Source: a virus
IMG/VR virus record: IMGVR_UViG_3300045988_000037
Coordinates: 1 to 6,412 of that record
Strand: one strand, 5' to 3'
DNA: 6,412 bases
Under the pieces are notes generated by a model. That model searched no databases. It was not told the DNA's origin and was given only the letters and a program-made list of their open reading frames with translations. Every line of letters starts with the position of its first letter. Position 1 is the stretch's first letter. This document shows, piece after piece, positions 5,083 through 6,412 of the stretch. Made by a program: the position numbers and the translations under genes.

Positions 5083-5535
5083 CTATTCAAATGTTGCAGA
5101 AGCAGAAGGATCAGCAACGGCAGAAGGATCAGCAACGGCTTTTTCCTCAGCAGCAATACGGGCTTTTTCCTCAGCCTCCTTAATTAATGAATCATAATTT
5201 TCCATACAATACTCAGCCCATGCACGCATTTCTGACAAAGACTGAATATGACGCGATTTAAGAGTAGATAACAAAGTATCATCATCCAACTGGGCAGTAT
5301 ACACCGACTTATTAGGAGTATAACGCTGGATATATTCACGCAATTCACTAGCAGTCAATTTATTCTCCAATCTTTGTTGATTAAATATCAACGAAATATC
5401 ATTAGAAACAACGATAGAACCGTCTTTATTTACAACAGTAGACAACTGCATCAACTTATCTTGCACAGGAACTTTTGTATGTGCAATATCAAAAGAACCA
5501 TTAAAAACATGGTCTATATATTCTTTCTTTTTCAT
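5083..5535 (-). CDS. Hypothetical acidic protein, 150 aa; possible internal scaffolding protein (VP3-like) by size and position only
   Basis: ATG at 5535 (the track start at 5541 is TTG and overlaps the VP1 stop), stop TAG at 5085-5083. It sits between VP1 and VP2 with 2-nt gaps on both sides. The Glu/Ala-rich C-terminus is EAEEKARIAAEEKAVADPSAVADPSASATFE. Confidence 0.8.
   Translation of the reverse strand: MKKKEYIDHVFNGSFDIAHTKVPVQDKLMQLSTVVNKDGSIVVSNDISLIFNQQRLENKLTASELREYIQRYTPNKSVYTAQLDDDTLLSTLKSRHIQSLSEMRAWAEYCMENYDSLIKEAEEKARIAAEEKAVADPSAVADPSASATFE
5102..5139. repeat. Perfect 18-bp tandem duplication (2.1 copies) inside the 3' end of ORF150
   Basis: cagaaggatcagcaacgg at 5103-5120 and again at 5121-5138. 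It is in frame and encodes AVADPS twice. Confidence 0.9.
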
Positions 5536-5537
5536 AA

Positions 5538-6412
5538 TCAATAAGGCATTCCGGAATAATCCAAATTACGAACTACTTTAACATCAAACGCACAATTAAC
5601 CAAAAAAGAATCAGTATCCCATTTTGAATCGGCATTCACCTGAAATATACTATCAAGAACAGAAGGGTTAACTTTAAAAATGTTATAGGTAACAGAGGAC
5701 AATGTCGTAGTCACGGTAGACAACATATTTTTCCAGATAGCAGGGGTAATAGGTGCAACCCATTCTTTTTCGGTAGTAGTAAATGCACCTAACACATAAT
5801 CATACGAAGTTTTCCAAGAATAATAACGAGGAAGATAGCCTATTGTATAATCAGCAGATGCAAATCCAGCAGCCAATTCAGAATTAGAATTAGAGTACAT
5901 AGAGATTGGAATAGATTGCATGCCAATAGAATCAAGTTCAGGAATTGGCAAATCCGTATTCTGAGCAACAAAATATTGCGGGTCAGGTGCAGAAGGAACA
6001 TAATCCAACAAGGGAAGGTTATGATAAATGCACATCAATACACCCCAATCGCGAGCCTCAAATTTTTCAGAACCTTGCGAAGAACCAACACCTTTACCAG
6101 CTATAACGGCTTCAGATTGAGTATCACCAGATTGAAGATTAGTATTGACAACTTCAGAAATGTCAAGAGGCGATGAATCGCCACCGATATAAGTAGACAT
6201 ACCTGCCATATTTTCACCAACATCAACACCAAAATGCGCCTTAATCTGTGCACGGTAATTCTGGGGAACATTTAAAGAAATCTCCTTCCAACGTTGAAGA
6301 GCCTCACCACGACGAAGAGAAAGTACATCGAAGGAAGCAGCAACCGAAGGCATAGAGACAAATAACGGATTAGATTTAACAGCACTAGGACCGGCATTAA
6401 CAGCAAAATCAG
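5538..6412 (-). CDS. VP1: Major capsid protein VP1, C-terminal part (stop TGA at 5540-5538). The frame stays open upstream to the window end; total VP1 is 1,788 nt, 595 aa.
   Basis: The ORF-track Met at 6353 is internal: codons 6356-6354 (S) and 6359-6357 (V) continue the frame read from nt 1-968 (...NPLFV-S-MPSVAASFDVLSLRRGEALQRWKE...). 968 + 820 = 1,788 nt is divisible by 3. Confidence 0.93.
   Translation of the reverse strand, partial: DFAVNAGPSAVKSNPLFVSMPSVAASFDVLSLRRGEALQRWKEISLNVPQNYRAQIKAHFGVDVGENMAGMSTYIGGDSSPLDISEVVNTNLQSGDTQSEAVIAGKGVGSSQGSEKFEARDWGVLMCIYHNLPLLDYVPSAPDPQYFVAQNTDLPIPELDSIGMQSIPISMYSNSNSELAAGFASADYTIGYLPRYYSWKTSYDYVLGAFTTTEKEWVAPITPAIWKNMLSTVTTTLSSVTYNIFKVNPSVLDSIFQVNADSKWDTDSFLVNCAFDVKVVRNLDYSGMPY
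6358..6412. repeat. Terminal redundancy (right copy)
   Basis: Identical to nt 1-55. It lies inside the VP1 reading frame and is not a biological repeat. Confidence 0.95.

Larger units (their letters stand above)
1..6357 (-). mobile_element. Complete circular Microviridae (ssDNA phage) genome unit, 6,357 nt; Alpavirinae-like by gene content. The window is the complement of the coding strand.
   Basis: The exact 55-nt overlap of the window ends closes the circle. VP1, VP2 and VP4 hallmark proteins are all on the minus strand. Genes are tightly packed (2-14 nt gaps) with only two non-coding regions. The size is typical of the family. Confidence 0.9.

Noticed and set aside
5539-5541. TTG start at 5541 for the 152-aa version of ORF150
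   Set aside because: It overlaps the VP1 stop and is non-canonical. An ATG lies two codons downstream at 5535, giving the same stop-TT-ATG junction as the next gene.
984-6176. All eleven plus-strand ORFs in the track (984-1247, 1656-1988, 2513-2974, 3123-3329, 3184-3369, 3429-3773, 3896-4144, 4151-4402, 4727-5053, 4980-5183, 5916-6176)
   Set aside because: Each is antisense to a well-supported or better-supported minus-strand gene. Their translations are Ile/Arg/Asn/Thr/Phe-rich and low in complexity, as expected from reading the A-rich non-coding strand. Microviruses transcribe one strand only.
6351-6353. ATG at 6353 as the start of a 271-aa protein
   Set aside because: It is an internal Met of VP1. 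The frame is open upstream through the window end and joins in phase with nt 1-968.
1-6412. tRNA, rRNA, CRISPR arrays, integrase/transposase genes, toxin-antitoxin or defence operons
   Set aside because: I see no cloverleaf-capable GC-rich segments and no spaced direct-repeat arrays. All coding capacity is accounted for by phage genes, and the only long exact repeat is the assembly overlap.

Overview
The window is one complete, circularly permuted genome of a small ssDNA phage of the family Microviridae. Nt 1-55 recur exactly at 6358-6412, so the unit length is 6,357 nt. The window shows the complement of the coding (virion-sense) strand: the given strand is A-rich and all eight credible genes are on the minus strand. 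Gene order on the minus strand is VP4 replication initiator (573 aa, HUH endonuclease), a 67-aa membrane protein, VP1 major capsid protein (595 aa, spanning the window junction), a 150-aa acidic protein (possible scaffold), VP2 pilot/minor capsid protein (397 aa), then a structured non-coding region, two small acidic ORFs (68 and 63 aa), and a second non-coding region. The long VP4, the gene set, the absence of Shine-Dalgarno sequences and two TATCTTTG boxes matching the Bacteroides -7 promoter consensus suggest an Alpavirinae-like, Bacteroidota-infecting microvirus; this placement is an inference. No integrase, tRNA, rRNA or CRISPR array is visible. The features most worth follow-up are: (1) a 132-nt imperfect palindrome upstream of the rep gene; (2) a GC-rich block of overlapping inverted repeats after VP2; (3) a standalone small membrane protein as a lysis candidate; (4) an orphan two-gene acidic module; (5) an unusually open alternative frame inside VP4; and (6) recent in-frame duplications and microsatellites in structural genes. 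I did not find a multi-gene novel system beyond the phage itself.
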